A DNA stretch of 64,000 bases, from the NCBI GenBank assembly GCA_965224085.1, contig CBDCYI010000011.1, positions 736,001 through 800,000 on the forward strand, in the 5' to 3' direction. This document shows, piece after piece, positions 24,301-32,354 of this stretch. The notes beneath the pieces were generated by a model. It was given only the letters and a program-made list of their open reading frames with translations, did no database searches and was not told where the DNA came from. Origin of the DNA: Candidatus Marinacidobacterales bacterium (GTDB taxonomy: Bacteria; Acidobacteriota; Vicinamibacteria; Marinacidobacterales; SMYC01). A program made the position numbers and the translations under genes. Numbering within the stretch: position 1 is the stretch's first letter; each line of letters opens with the position of its first letter.

Positions 24301-24654
24301 TCCGCCATCCGCGTCAGCGATCCAGAGGTTTTCGACGCCGCTGCGGTCGCTCAAAAAAGCGATGGTGGTGCCGTCGGGCGAGAACCGCGGCTGGCTTTCG
24401 AAAGACATGCCGCCGACAATGCGCGTCGCCTCGCCACCCGTGATCGGGAGAGTATAGAGGTCGCCGAGCACATCGAATACGAGCGTCGTCCCATCGGGAG
24501 AGACGTCGAGCGACATCCAAGTGACCTCGTCGACGGTGAACGCGAGCGTCTCCGCTACTTCGAGCGGTAGACCTTCTTCTTTTTTGTCATCTTGCGCCTG
24601 CGCCCCCGAGAGCGCCCATACGGCAATCAACCCCATCATGGTCTGGCACTTCAT
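21391..24654 (-). CDS. Secreted amidohydrolase with TolB/PD40 beta-propeller repeats
   Basis: Repeated SPDG motifs, PGFVDAHAH, GSHGQLQG, GSLEPGKLAD; AGGAGG RBS. Confidence 0.9.
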   Translation of the reverse strand: MKCQTMMGLIAVWALSGAQAQDDKKEEGLPLEVAETLAFTVDEVTWMSLDVSPDGTTLVFDVLGDLYTLPITGGEATRIVGGMSFESQPRFSPDGTTIAFLSDRSGVENLWIADADGGNPRAVGKDKPTKSRPQLMASPSWTADGDYILVSKQRTPERTFGLFMYHRDGGTGVRVGPAPPPTPPSPGAPRVQPPNKVGAVASPDGRFIYYGERRGTFNYNAQFPIWQIVRFDRETSETATITNAQGSAMRPVLSPDGDHLVYATRFRTGTGLRVRDLETGAERWLAYPVTRDDQESRASRDTMPSYVFDPDGRSLIVPIDGKIRRIDFETGASEDIPFTAHVAAEIGPRIHFDGRVDDSATVRARIIRWPALSPDENELVFSAFNRLWRMTLPMGTPERLTDLDVGEFMPSWSPEGRYVTFVTWDIDGGHIYRVAPGSDPERLSEHAAYYADPVYAPDGSRIVFITGSRDDQLYSFLNEPGDAHVYQDEEIGGVRRTGTTDLRSFPAEGGASKLIASTNGGRFPHFTDDPERVYLTTSDGLSSIRLDGYDRKAHFEVQGTGPGPNPPSADAIVLAPDGRRAFVDLQNKHYLVSIPSAGKETLEIKITPGGDAAVPVSELSRGGGSYLSWSADGTKVLWSQGRRFYSQQIGEEPEAVEITVTVARPKPSGSVVLRGAARIVTMRGDEILEGADIVVTDNRIAAIGNDVAIPAGAAIIDVSGRTIMPGFVDAHAHMWAPRGVHQTQVWQYLSNLAYGVTTTRDPQTSTDDVFAYADLVEAGEILGPRIYATGPGIFATSGVDDQEATDHFLERYRDAYDARTIKQYVVGDRIVRQWVAKAARKYELTPTTEGALDLKLDLTQMADGYSGHEHSLPINPIYDDIAQYVARTETYYTPTILVAYGGPWTENYFFQNTDVAQDEKLARFIPYQLLDNMVRRRGQWFSKEEYVHSAIAEGCMKIVRAGGKCGLGSHGQLQGIGAHWETWALQSGGLTEHETLRAVTLHSAEAIGLSTDLGSLEPGKLADIIVLERNPLVDIENTNSLRYVMKNGELFETTTLEKIWPERKSLPPQFWWDDRPETVTTTNGGAP

Positions 24655-24688
24655 GGACTGGCCTCCTGGGTGCGATAATAAACGAAAT

Positions 24689-25855
24689 ATGGTCGTCACC
24701 GGGCTCGAGAAGCTTCTAGGCGCTGAAATCGACCGCGTTGCCGGAAAGACGGTCGGGCTCATCGCGAACTCCGCGACCGTAGACAGCGCGCTCTGTCATG
24801 CGATCGATCGACTCTACGCTCGAAAAGAGATCGAGCTCGCTTGTTTGTTCGGCCCCGAGCACGGGTTGCGGGCGAGCGCTCAAGATCTCATCGAAATCGA
24901 AGACGACGCTGACCCGATCACGGGCCTTCCGGTCCGGAGTCTCTACGGGCCGACCCGTGTTCCCTCGAAAGAGATGCTCGACGGTCTCGACGCCGTCATC
25001 TTCGACATCCAGGATGTCGGCTCGCGCTACTACACCTACATCTGGACGATGGCACATGCCATGGAAGCTTGCGCGCGCGACGACATCGAGCTCATCGTGC
25101 TCGACCGTCCCAATCCCATCGACGGCGTGCACATGGAGGGGAATCTCATCGAGGGGAGCCATCTTTCCTTCGTCGGTGTCTACCCGATCCCGAACCGGCA
25201 CGGCATGACGTCGGGTGAGATCGCACGGCTCGTGAACGACGAGTTCGGAGTGCATTGCCCGCTCACGGTGGTCGAAATGGACGGTTGGCGGCGCAGGGAC
25301 TGGTTCGACGAAACGGGCCTTCCCTGGGTGCTGCCGTCGCCGAACATGCCGACGCTCGACACAGCGACCGTCTATCCCGGAGGCTGTCTCATCGAAGGCA
25401 CCAATCTTTCCGAAGGGCGCGGCACGACCCGGCCTTTCGAGATCATGGGCGCGCCATGGATCGACGGAGAGAAGTTGGCACGCGCCCTCCGCGAAGAAGA
25501 TTTGCCGGGAGTGGTCTTTCGCCCGCTCTGCTTCCAGCCCACGTTCCACAAGTTCGAAGGCGAACTCTGCGGGGGTATCCAGCAGCATGTCGTCGATCGA
25601 GACGCCTACCTACCACTGCGAACCGGCTACGCGCTGTTGCGCGCTATCCGGAAGCTTTGGCCGCGAGAGTTCGCCTGGCGACCTCCTCCCTATGAATACG
25701 AGCTCGAACGCCCCGCGATCGAAATCCTCACTGGCAACAGCAAGATTCGCGAGCAGATCGACAACGCGGTGCCACTCGTTGATATCGAGAACGCATGGCA
25801 AGTCGACTTCGCCAGGTTCGAGAAGGTGCGCGAGCGCTATCTTCTCTACGATTAG
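24689..25855 (+). CDS. DUF1343/NamZ-like exo-beta-N-acetylmuramidase
   Basis: LFGPEHG, FDIQDVGSRYYTY, LDRPNP, SEGRGTTRPFE. Confidence 0.9.
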   Translation: MVVTGLEKLLGAEIDRVAGKTVGLIANSATVDSALCHAIDRLYARKEIELACLFGPEHGLRASAQDLIEIEDDADPITGLPVRSLYGPTRVPSKEMLDGLDAVIFDIQDVGSRYYTYIWTMAHAMEACARDDIELIVLDRPNPIDGVHMEGNLIEGSHLSFVGVYPIPNRHGMTSGEIARLVNDEFGVHCPLTVVEMDGWRRRDWFDETGLPWVLPSPNMPTLDTATVYPGGCLIEGTNLSEGRGTTRPFEIMGAPWIDGEKLARALREEDLPGVVFRPLCFQPTFHKFEGELCGGIQQHVVDRDAYLPLRTGYALLRAIRKLWPREFAWRPPPYEYELERPAIEILTGNSKIREQIDNAVPLVDIENAWQVDFARFEKVRERYLLYD

Positions 25856-25872
25856 AGAGGAGCGCATCCAGT

Positions 25873-26523
25873 ATGAGTCCGTCGACCCAACTCGCGTCGG
25901 ATGACCAAAAACGGGTCCGGATGCTTGCCCTCATCGCAGCTGGGCTCGGCGTGGCGCATGTCGTCGCCATGCTTCTCTACTATGGAGATTTTGTCGACGA
26001 CTACGTGCACGTCTCCTTCTTCGACCTGGACGAGGAAGAAAGCTTCGGGACTTGGTTCAGCGCGGTGATTCTGCTCTACGCGGGACGCATCCTGCTGCGA
26101 CACCCACGTGCTGACGGCGACCCCTGGCATCGTTGGTGGCTCTTGCTCGCGATCGGATTTCATATTCTGTCCATCGACGAGGTCGCGGCGATGCACGAAT
26201 ACGTCAACACCGTCGTCGAAAACACACGATGGACCACGTTCGGTGCAGCCATCGTTGCGGTTGTCGGGCTGGCCTACCTTCCTTTTTTGCGCGCGCTGTC
26301 CGCGAGGATTCGCTTCCTGTTCATCGTGGCGGCGGTCGTCTATGTCGGCGGCGCCGTGGGCGTCGAGCGTGCGACCGACTGGTATGATGTGCACGACCTT
26401 CTCAACACGCTTGCCTACAACCTCTGGACGGCGGTCGAGGAAACGATGGAAATGGCCGGCGTCATCGTCTTCATCTACGCGCTTCTTCTTCTCAAGGATG
26501 AACGAAAAGTGAAGACGTCGTGA
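25873..26523 (+). CDS. Integral membrane protein
   Basis: Several TM segments; LSIDE...HE and EETMEM motifs. Confidence 0.75.
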   Translation: MSPSTQLASDDQKRVRMLALIAAGLGVAHVVAMLLYYGDFVDDYVHVSFFDLDEEESFGTWFSAVILLYAGRILLRHPRADGDPWHRWWLLLAIGFHILSIDEVAAMHEYVNTVVENTRWTTFGAAIVAVVGLAYLPFLRALSARIRFLFIVAAVVYVGGAVGVERATDWYDVHDLLNTLAYNLWTAVEETMEMAGVIVFIYALLLLKDERKVKTS

Positions 26524-27466
26524 AAACACGGTCACCCCAGCGTTTCTTGTAACGGACTTGCGTGCCGAGATCATACGTAGAGACACCCGCGTCGCACAAG
26601 CGGCGGATTTGCTCGAGCTGGCACAGATTGCCGAGGGAAAGATCGGCGTAGCGATGATCGAAGCTGAACTGCAGGCCACGATACGTGTCGCCGAAAAGCC
26701 CACCGAAGATATAGGCGACGTCGGCGCCATCGAGGGTCGCGAAGAGGAGCCGGCGCGCACCCCTGTCGACGAGGCGGCGATTCATCTCGCGGTAAAACGA
26801 GCCCATCGGGTCGCCATCGATCCCGACGCCGCGTTGGCCTTTCCAACTCTTGCGCTCGATGGTCAAAAGTCTGTCGAAGGACGCGTCGGCCTCGCTGGCC
26901 TCTGCGTTATCTGCGACCTCGAATCGAATGCCCGCGCCGCGAGCGCGCTTTTCGGCTTTCCGCAGATTCTTGCGGAAGCCAGTCGAACGATTCGCGAGAA
27001 AACCGTCGACTCCCTTGGCTAGCCTTGCCACATAGCGACGCGTCGCCGCCCCACGCGAGAGCGAGAAGCGCTGGCTGAGCTCGGGGACGAGCTTCTGCCA
27101 GAGCCCAGAGCTGTCGCCGATCCCCGAGACGAGTGCTACGTCCCAAGAGTCGTCATCCGTGAGGGAGCTTACGAGAAGCTCGGCGAGCTCTGCGGGATTA
27201 CCGCCGGCGAGAGGTGATGCGAGCCCCCACATCGCTTCGAGTGGATGGACCAACCGCGTGCCGTCGTTGTGACGCGTGTGCGCGAGGGTCAAGTACGCGT
27301 CCTGCGAGCGAACGACAAAAGGCCTTGAAGCAGCAGAGAAGTGCTGTACCGCCGGAAGTATCCAGAGTGAGGAGGAGCAGAAATGATCGATCGCAGGCGT
27401 TGTGAGCACGACCTCGTCGTAGTGGGCCGCGTCTGCGGAGAGCTCTTCGAAGCTAAGGCGAGACAT
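26492..27466 (-). CDS. GNAT acetyltransferase (CelD/BcsL-like)
   Basis: FRKNLRK, IERKSWKG, LSLGNL, YDLG...YKKRW. Confidence 0.8.
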   Translation of the reverse strand: MSRLSFEELSADAAHYDEVVLTTPAIDHFCSSSLWILPAVQHFSAASRPFVVRSQDAYLTLAHTRHNDGTRLVHPLEAMWGLASPLAGGNPAELAELLVSSLTDDDSWDVALVSGIGDSSGLWQKLVPELSQRFSLSRGAATRRYVARLAKGVDGFLANRSTGFRKNLRKAEKRARGAGIRFEVADNAEASEADASFDRLLTIERKSWKGQRGVGIDGDPMGSFYREMNRRLVDRGARRLLFATLDGADVAYIFGGLFGDTYRGLQFSFDHRYADLSLGNLCQLEQIRRLCDAGVSTYDLGTQVRYKKRWGDRVFTTSSLFVHP

Positions 27467-27583
27467 CGACACGGCCGATAATACGCCACGCTGCAAAAAA
27501 CACGATGCGCGACTCCTCCAATGAGAAGCTTGCGAAGCCGTATGCGCCCGTGTGATTCTACGCGCCATGGGAGGACTCCAAAA

Positions 27584-28495
27584 ATGAAGCAGGCAAGAAA
27601 GACACAGTTTTTCGTCGCTGCGATCGCGATATTGGCCGGATGGTCAACCTTGGCCGCGGCGCAGGGACAGCGCGCCTTGACCCCGGAAGAGCAAGCCGAG
27701 CGGGAGAAGCGGTTTCAAGCCGAGCTCGTCATGCCTCGACCGGTTGAAGCGCTCGATTCTATCTGGATCGAGGAGCTGACCTGGGTCGAGATTCGTGACG
27801 CGATCGCCTCCGGGAAGACGAGCGTCCTCGTCCCGACCGGAGGGATCGAGCAAAACGGCCCCTACGTGGCGATGGGGAAGCACAACTACATTCTTCAGAC
27901 GGCGTGCGAGGACATCGCGAGAGAGCTAGGCAACGCGCTCTGTGCGCCCATCGTCAAGCTCGTGCCGGAAGGCGATATCGACGAGCCGTCGGGCCACATG
28001 CGCTATTCGGGCACGATCAGCGTCCAAAACGAGACTTTCGAGGCCGTGCTCGAAGACGTCGGCCGGAGCCTGAAGGTGCATGGCTTCGAGAACATCATTT
28101 ATATAGGCGATAGCGGAGGCAATCAGCTCGGCCAAGAGGCGGTGACTGAGCGGCTCAACAAGCGCTGGAAGGACGCGCGCGCGCATCACATCGGTGGTTT
28201 TTACGACAATAACGGGCTCATCAAATACATGAATGACGAGCTCGGGATAACCGAGCCTTCGAGTGACGGCGTTCACGATTCTTATTGGATCACGGCGCTT
28301 CAGATGGTGACGGACCCATCGACGGTCCGCTACGAACAGCGGGTGGCCGCGAACAAAGCGATGGTGAACGGTGTGAGCATCGCGGACCTCGACAAGACGG
28401 TTGCGGTCGGCAAGAAGCTGATGCAGTGGCGCGTCGACAAAACGGTCAAGCTGATTCGCGAATCGATTGGCGCGGGCCATGCGTCACAGCAATAA
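27584..28495 (+). CDS. Creatininase family protein
   Basis: EELTW, PTGGIEQNGP...GKHN, GDSGGNQ. Confidence 0.88.
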   Translation: MKQARKTQFFVAAIAILAGWSTLAAAQGQRALTPEEQAEREKRFQAELVMPRPVEALDSIWIEELTWVEIRDAIASGKTSVLVPTGGIEQNGPYVAMGKHNYILQTACEDIARELGNALCAPIVKLVPEGDIDEPSGHMRYSGTISVQNETFEAVLEDVGRSLKVHGFENIIYIGDSGGNQLGQEAVTERLNKRWKDARAHHIGGFYDNNGLIKYMNDELGITEPSSDGVHDSYWITALQMVTDPSTVRYEQRVAANKAMVNGVSIADLDKTVAVGKKLMQWRVDKTVKLIRESIGAGHASQQ

Positions 28496-28507
28496 GACGC
28501 GCGCTTG

Positions 28508-28577
28508 ATGTCACTTGCTGCCGGCTCCCGCCTCGGCTCTTACGAGGTGGGCTCTGCGATCGGTGTCGGTGGTATGG
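28508..28577 (+). pseudogene. Ser/Thr protein kinase 5' fragment cut in the Gly-rich loop by the IS110 element
   Basis: MSLAAGSRLGSYEVGSAIGVGGM|, matching the RLGxYEI...GxGGMGEVY start of Hanks-type kinases. Confidence 0.85.
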
Positions 28578-28592
28578 ACTCCCCACGCCGGA

Positions 28593-29888
28593 TCAAGAGA
28601 AAACCTTCTTCGTAGGAATCATCGTCGATTCGCTTTTTGTTGTGGACGTCCGCGAGGGGTCGTAAAGAGTTCTTTGTCGAAGCATCGCCATGGCGATGGG
28701 TAGAATGCGGTCCATGACGCCTCTGAGAGCTCTGGCATGGCTGTGGCCCGCGTCGCGAAGCCGATCGTAGTGCTTTTTAAAGTGTGGGTCGCGAAGCACG
28801 GCAGTGCTGGCCCAATGATGGAGAGCGTTATTGAGGGGCAAAGAGCGAGCTCTCCTCATCAGGATAGTTGGTCGCAACTGACCGCGCTTGCCGCTTTTTT
28901 TCGTGACGGGTGCGATGCCGCTGAGAGTCCTGAAGGCTTTGAGATTTCGTAGCCGAATGGGGTCGTGGGCATAGCAGAGCACGGAGGCGAGCACGTAAGC
29001 ACCGACGCCGGGCAAAGAGGCAAGAATGGCAGCGTCGGAGCACTGCTTGTCGTTCAGTGCTTGCAAGCGCTTGAACCACTTCTCGAGATGCTGGTCGGAG
29101 GCACGACGATGTTGTCGAACGAGGAGCAACTGCTGAAGGAGCAGTTCGAGATGCTCAGAAGTAGCTTTGGTGGTTGCATGCGCGACTCGGAGTGGTTTTT
29201 GATTGAGGGTATCGAGGATCTGCTCGGGTTTTACGCGTCGGATGCGGTGTTTTTTAACGAGCGTCTCGATGGTGTGGCGGCTAAGAGAGTTGGGGCTGGA
29301 TTCGAAGAAGAGTTTTAGGAGCTCGCAGAAAAACGCGTCGAGAGCCTTATTCTTTGGCGCGAGCGAGACGAGGTGAGGCCAACAACGAGTAAGGAGTTCT
29401 CGGATCTGCGAGCTGAGGGCAACGTGGTTTTTGACAAGTTGGTCGCGGGTGCTCAACAGCCCGCGCATAGCAAGGATCTCCGGAGGTGGAAGTTGCAAGC
29501 GCTGAAAGCGGTGACCGTCGGTTCTGAGCGAATCGGCGAGAACGAAGGCGTCGCGCCGATCATCCTTGGCGCCGCTCATAGAATGCCGGTCGCGGAAACG
29601 GTCGACCTGCTTGGGATTGATGGAGAAAATGGCGATGGCGTTGTCAAGAAAGAGCTCGACGACGGCTCCATGAGGCTTTTCGATCGCCACTGCGATGCGC
29701 TCGGTGTCTTGCGTGGTCAGTTCCAGAAGCCAGCCGATCGTTTCTGAAAGTCCTTCGCGGCTATGAGGAAAGCCGCGCTCCCCCATAAATTGTCCCCTGG
29801 TATCGACCACGCTGGCCAAGTGAAGCCATTGGCCCAGGTCGACACCGACGAAGAAGTCGTAGTCGAGCTGATTCCTGGAAGAACTCAT
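28593..29888 (-). CDS. IS110-family DEDD recombinase/transposase (431 aa)
   Basis: FVGVD, AIEKPHG, AKDDRRDA (DEDD) and GIAPVTKKSG (catalytic Ser); stop lies inside the inverted repeat. Confidence 0.95.
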   Translation of the reverse strand: MSSSRNQLDYDFFVGVDLGQWLHLASVVDTRGQFMGERGFPHSREGLSETIGWLLELTTQDTERIAVAIEKPHGAVVELFLDNAIAIFSINPKQVDRFRDRHSMSGAKDDRRDAFVLADSLRTDGHRFQRLQLPPPEILAMRGLLSTRDQLVKNHVALSSQIRELLTRCWPHLVSLAPKNKALDAFFCELLKLFFESSPNSLSRHTIETLVKKHRIRRVKPEQILDTLNQKPLRVAHATTKATSEHLELLLQQLLLVRQHRRASDQHLEKWFKRLQALNDKQCSDAAILASLPGVGAYVLASVLCYAHDPIRLRNLKAFRTLSGIAPVTKKSGKRGQLRPTILMRRARSLPLNNALHHWASTAVLRDPHFKKHYDRLRDAGHSHARALRGVMDRILPIAMAMLRQRTLYDPSRTSTTKSESTMIPTKKVFS

Positions 29889-30083
29889 TGCCGTCAGCGC
29901 ATGTGATGTTTCATCGGCCCCTGTACCGGCGCTCGAAGCGCAACTCCCCATTGGATGTCCATCACAAGAAAATTGCCGGCACGCGTGTCCATACCGGGCG
30001 CTCGGAGCGCAGGGCGAAGTATGGCGTTGCCGGCAAGCTGCTGACGAAATCGAAAATAGTTCAAGCTCATCGTGAGATTTGCT
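29889..30083 (-). ncRNA. Putative bridge RNA (target-binding and donor-binding loops)
   Basis: Nested stems (29892-98/30040-46, 29973-81/30028-36, 29902-08/29960-66), two gcgct-N3-agcgc hairpins; loop segments match the junction (GGTATGGAC) and the element end (TGGGGAGT). Confidence 0.85.
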
Positions 30084-30500
30084 CTACCACTGCAATCGAA
30101 GCTGGCGCGCGATGCCACCAGCTCGTGCTGGTTTTTTTCTCGGTTGTTTCGGGCGAAGCACGTCTGCGAGTTTTTCTCGAAGGTAGCGAACATAAGGCGG
30201 GTCTAGATATTCACTTCGCACTTCCTCGAGCACAGGTGAAAAATAGCGAAGGGAGCGAATGGGTTGTAGTGGCTCCTCATGCTCTTGTAGCTCCCGACGA
30301 GCGCAACCCAGAAGTAGGGCGCACTCGAATTCGTATAACGGGACGCCCTGGCGGTAGAGTCGCGTCGCCATGAAGCGATCGTCGCGCCGTGGTCGCTCAG
30401 GTGTGTTCGGAATAGAAACATAGATATCCAAAACCGCCCGGACATAATCGTTTTCTGTTAGAGCGTCGCTCGTGAGCGGTTTATCACTGAGCTTCGACAT
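30084..30500 (-). CDS. IS110 accessory ORF B, hypothetical (138 aa)
   Basis: GGAGG RBS, overlaps the upstream ORF; YVRAVLDIY...IRSLRYFSPVLEEV. Confidence 0.75.
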   Translation of the reverse strand: MSKLSDKPLTSDALTENDYVRAVLDIYVSIPNTPERPRRDDRFMATRLYRQGVPLYEFECALLLGCARRELQEHEEPLQPIRSLRYFSPVLEEVRSEYLDPPYVRYLREKLADVLRPKQPRKKPARAGGIARQLRLQW

Positions 30501-30889
30501 CCATCCACCTCCCGCGTCCGCCGCAGATACAGCATTTGGCATATCCGAAACTGTCAAGCTTCGTTTTCATTGAAAGAACCATCGAGCTCCGTGACCGGAT
30601 CTGTTCTCTGATTCCTACATTGCCCGAGTTACCGACGTGAATGGAACCATGATCCGTTACTTTTTCTTGGTGTCGTCGATACTCACGTTGCCGGTCCGCA
30701 CAATCTCGACTGTCCTTCGACACTTTCTCGATCTTTGCGGTTGTAGCCGCGACACTTTATTAGGCCGGCATGATAAGAGCACGCTTTACCGCAGTAGCAG
30801 TGTCCACGGTCACAGCTCTTGCAGATGTAGAAGGCCTCTGAACAGTTACGACAAAAACGCTGGTACACAACGACTGGTTTGGTGGCCAT
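30484..30889 (-). pseudogene. IS110 accessory ORF A, Cys-rich putative Zn-binding protein with a 1-nt frameshift
   Basis: CRNC...ICKSCDRGHCYCGKAC; removing one base near 30710 continues RDCADRQREYRR...VTDHGS...CCICG. Confidence 0.7.
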
Positions 30890-30947
30890 TTGAGACTCAG
30901 CAAGCGCTGGACTATGGCGTTTTCTCTTGATCCGGCGTGGGGAGTCC

Positions 30948-31921
30948 ATTCCGTACGGATCCTCGTGATGGTACTCGAGCCGGTTGCGCTCGGGACATCG
31001 TCTGCCGTCGTGCGCGACAAACGTGCACTGTCCCCCATCTCGCACCCATACGAAACGTTTCACCGCGGCGGCGATGCCGCGCACACCCGGTGACGTGTCG
31101 GCGTCTTCGACATTCGTTCTCGGGTTCTTCGTTTTACCGAAACGCTTGGCTTCGAGCCGCTCGAGCTTTTCGCTCACCGCCGCGTCGATGACCGAAGCGA
31201 GGTCACTACCGGGAATGAGCGCCTCGAGTCGTTCGAGTTTGTCGCGAAGCTCGGCGCTCGCCGTGAATGTTACTTGATAGCGCGCCGGTGATAGCGGCGC
31301 CACGGTCGGACGTTTTTCAGGTGCTGTCTCACGTGCCTGTGGCGGCTCATTCTCACCCGGCTCACCCGGCTCACCCGGCTCACCCGGCTCACCGTGCGCC
31401 TCTGCTCTTTCTTCACGTTGCTCGTCCGACGGCTTGGAAGGCTTGGACGATCCGGACTGGGCTTTCGGTTGCGGCTTCTTTCGAATCTTCGGTGGAACAT
31501 CCGGTTTCGGAGCCCATTCCGCCACGAGCTCTTCGAGCTCGCGTTTGCTCTTGTGAGTGGCTCTTGCCAAGACCTCTTCGCCATTGGCCTCGGTGAGATG
31601 TTTCGCGATCACGGCGATGCCACACAAGTGAAGGCGTCCATCCTCGAGCATTGTGAGAAGCGCGGGAAATCTGCGTGATAGCCGGGCGGCGGTGATTCGC
31701 CGATAGGCTTGCGCTTCCGATAAATGCAAAACGTCCAAGCAAAAGCGGAACATGGACGGCGCGGCTTCGCGAGCAAAGAGACGACGCGCATCGACCGCAG
31801 CGATATGCGCGACGAGCACGGCCTCGCGACACCGCGACTCCTTGAGGGCGTCCGATAGTCGAACAAGAAGCTCGTCATCCGATAATGCTGAGAGCCATTT
31901 CAATGTGTCCTTTGTAGTCAT
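30948..31921 (-). pseudogene. DUF222-like/HNH endonuclease truncated inside the HNH motif by the IS110 end
   Basis: LSDDELL...LSEAQAYRRI...VWVRDGGQCTF...RC....LEYHHEDPYGM|. Confidence 0.85.
31352..31393. repeat. 9-bp tandem repeat (ctcacccgg)x4.7 encoding GEP
   Basis: Direct read of the sequence. Confidence 0.9.
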
Positions 31922-32354
31922 GCTTTCTTATAACATGGACTTTTTGGACGCTCACCGCTAGCGAGTAACTAACACTATCGGATAGAAACGCTTTCGAAGT
32001 CTTCTTGAACGAAAGAGCACCGCTGTCGCTTCGTCAACGTGGGCAGAGACCCTATCAGCGCGAACGCAAGCTCTTTTTTCAAATCGCGTCGAGAACATTG
32101 TCAAGACAAAAATGAGCTCAACGCAATTTTTTTTTCAACTCTTCCCGGACAGAGCTGGAAACGATGCCCCCGCCCGCGATCTTGTAGCTTGCGTCGGTCG
32201 GGTAAGCAGTTGTGAATTTCCCCTTCGGCGCGGTAACGGGAGAACGGAGGTCGGATGATCAAAGTTCACTCGGGGCAAGTCCGCTAGCACTCGAAAAAAG
32301 CCGCCATCGTCGGGAACTCCTTGGTAGAATAAAAGTATTCAATCGGTAAGAAGA

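Larger units (their letters stand above)
28576..30947 (-). mobile_element. IS110-family element with long inverted ends, bridge-RNA-like ncRNA and two accessory ORFs
   Basis: Perfect 31-bp inverted match 28574-28604 / 30919-30949 (atggactccccacgccggatcaagagaaaac) enclosing a DEDD recombinase. Confidence 0.92.

Noticed and set aside
29894-30193. 99-aa ORF over the proposed ncRNA
   Set aside because: Overlaps ORF B out of frame, has no motifs, and the region is better explained by RNA structure and guide matches
31352-31393. GEP repeat as a collagen-like domain
   Set aside because: Only about four exact units in a linker; simple slippage
30683-31921. 412-aa ORF as a native novel protein
   Set aside because: It crosses the IS inverted repeat and is an insertion-made fusion
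32284-32302. ctagcactc as a second CIRCE
   Set aside because: Half-site only, with no GAGTGCTAA arm
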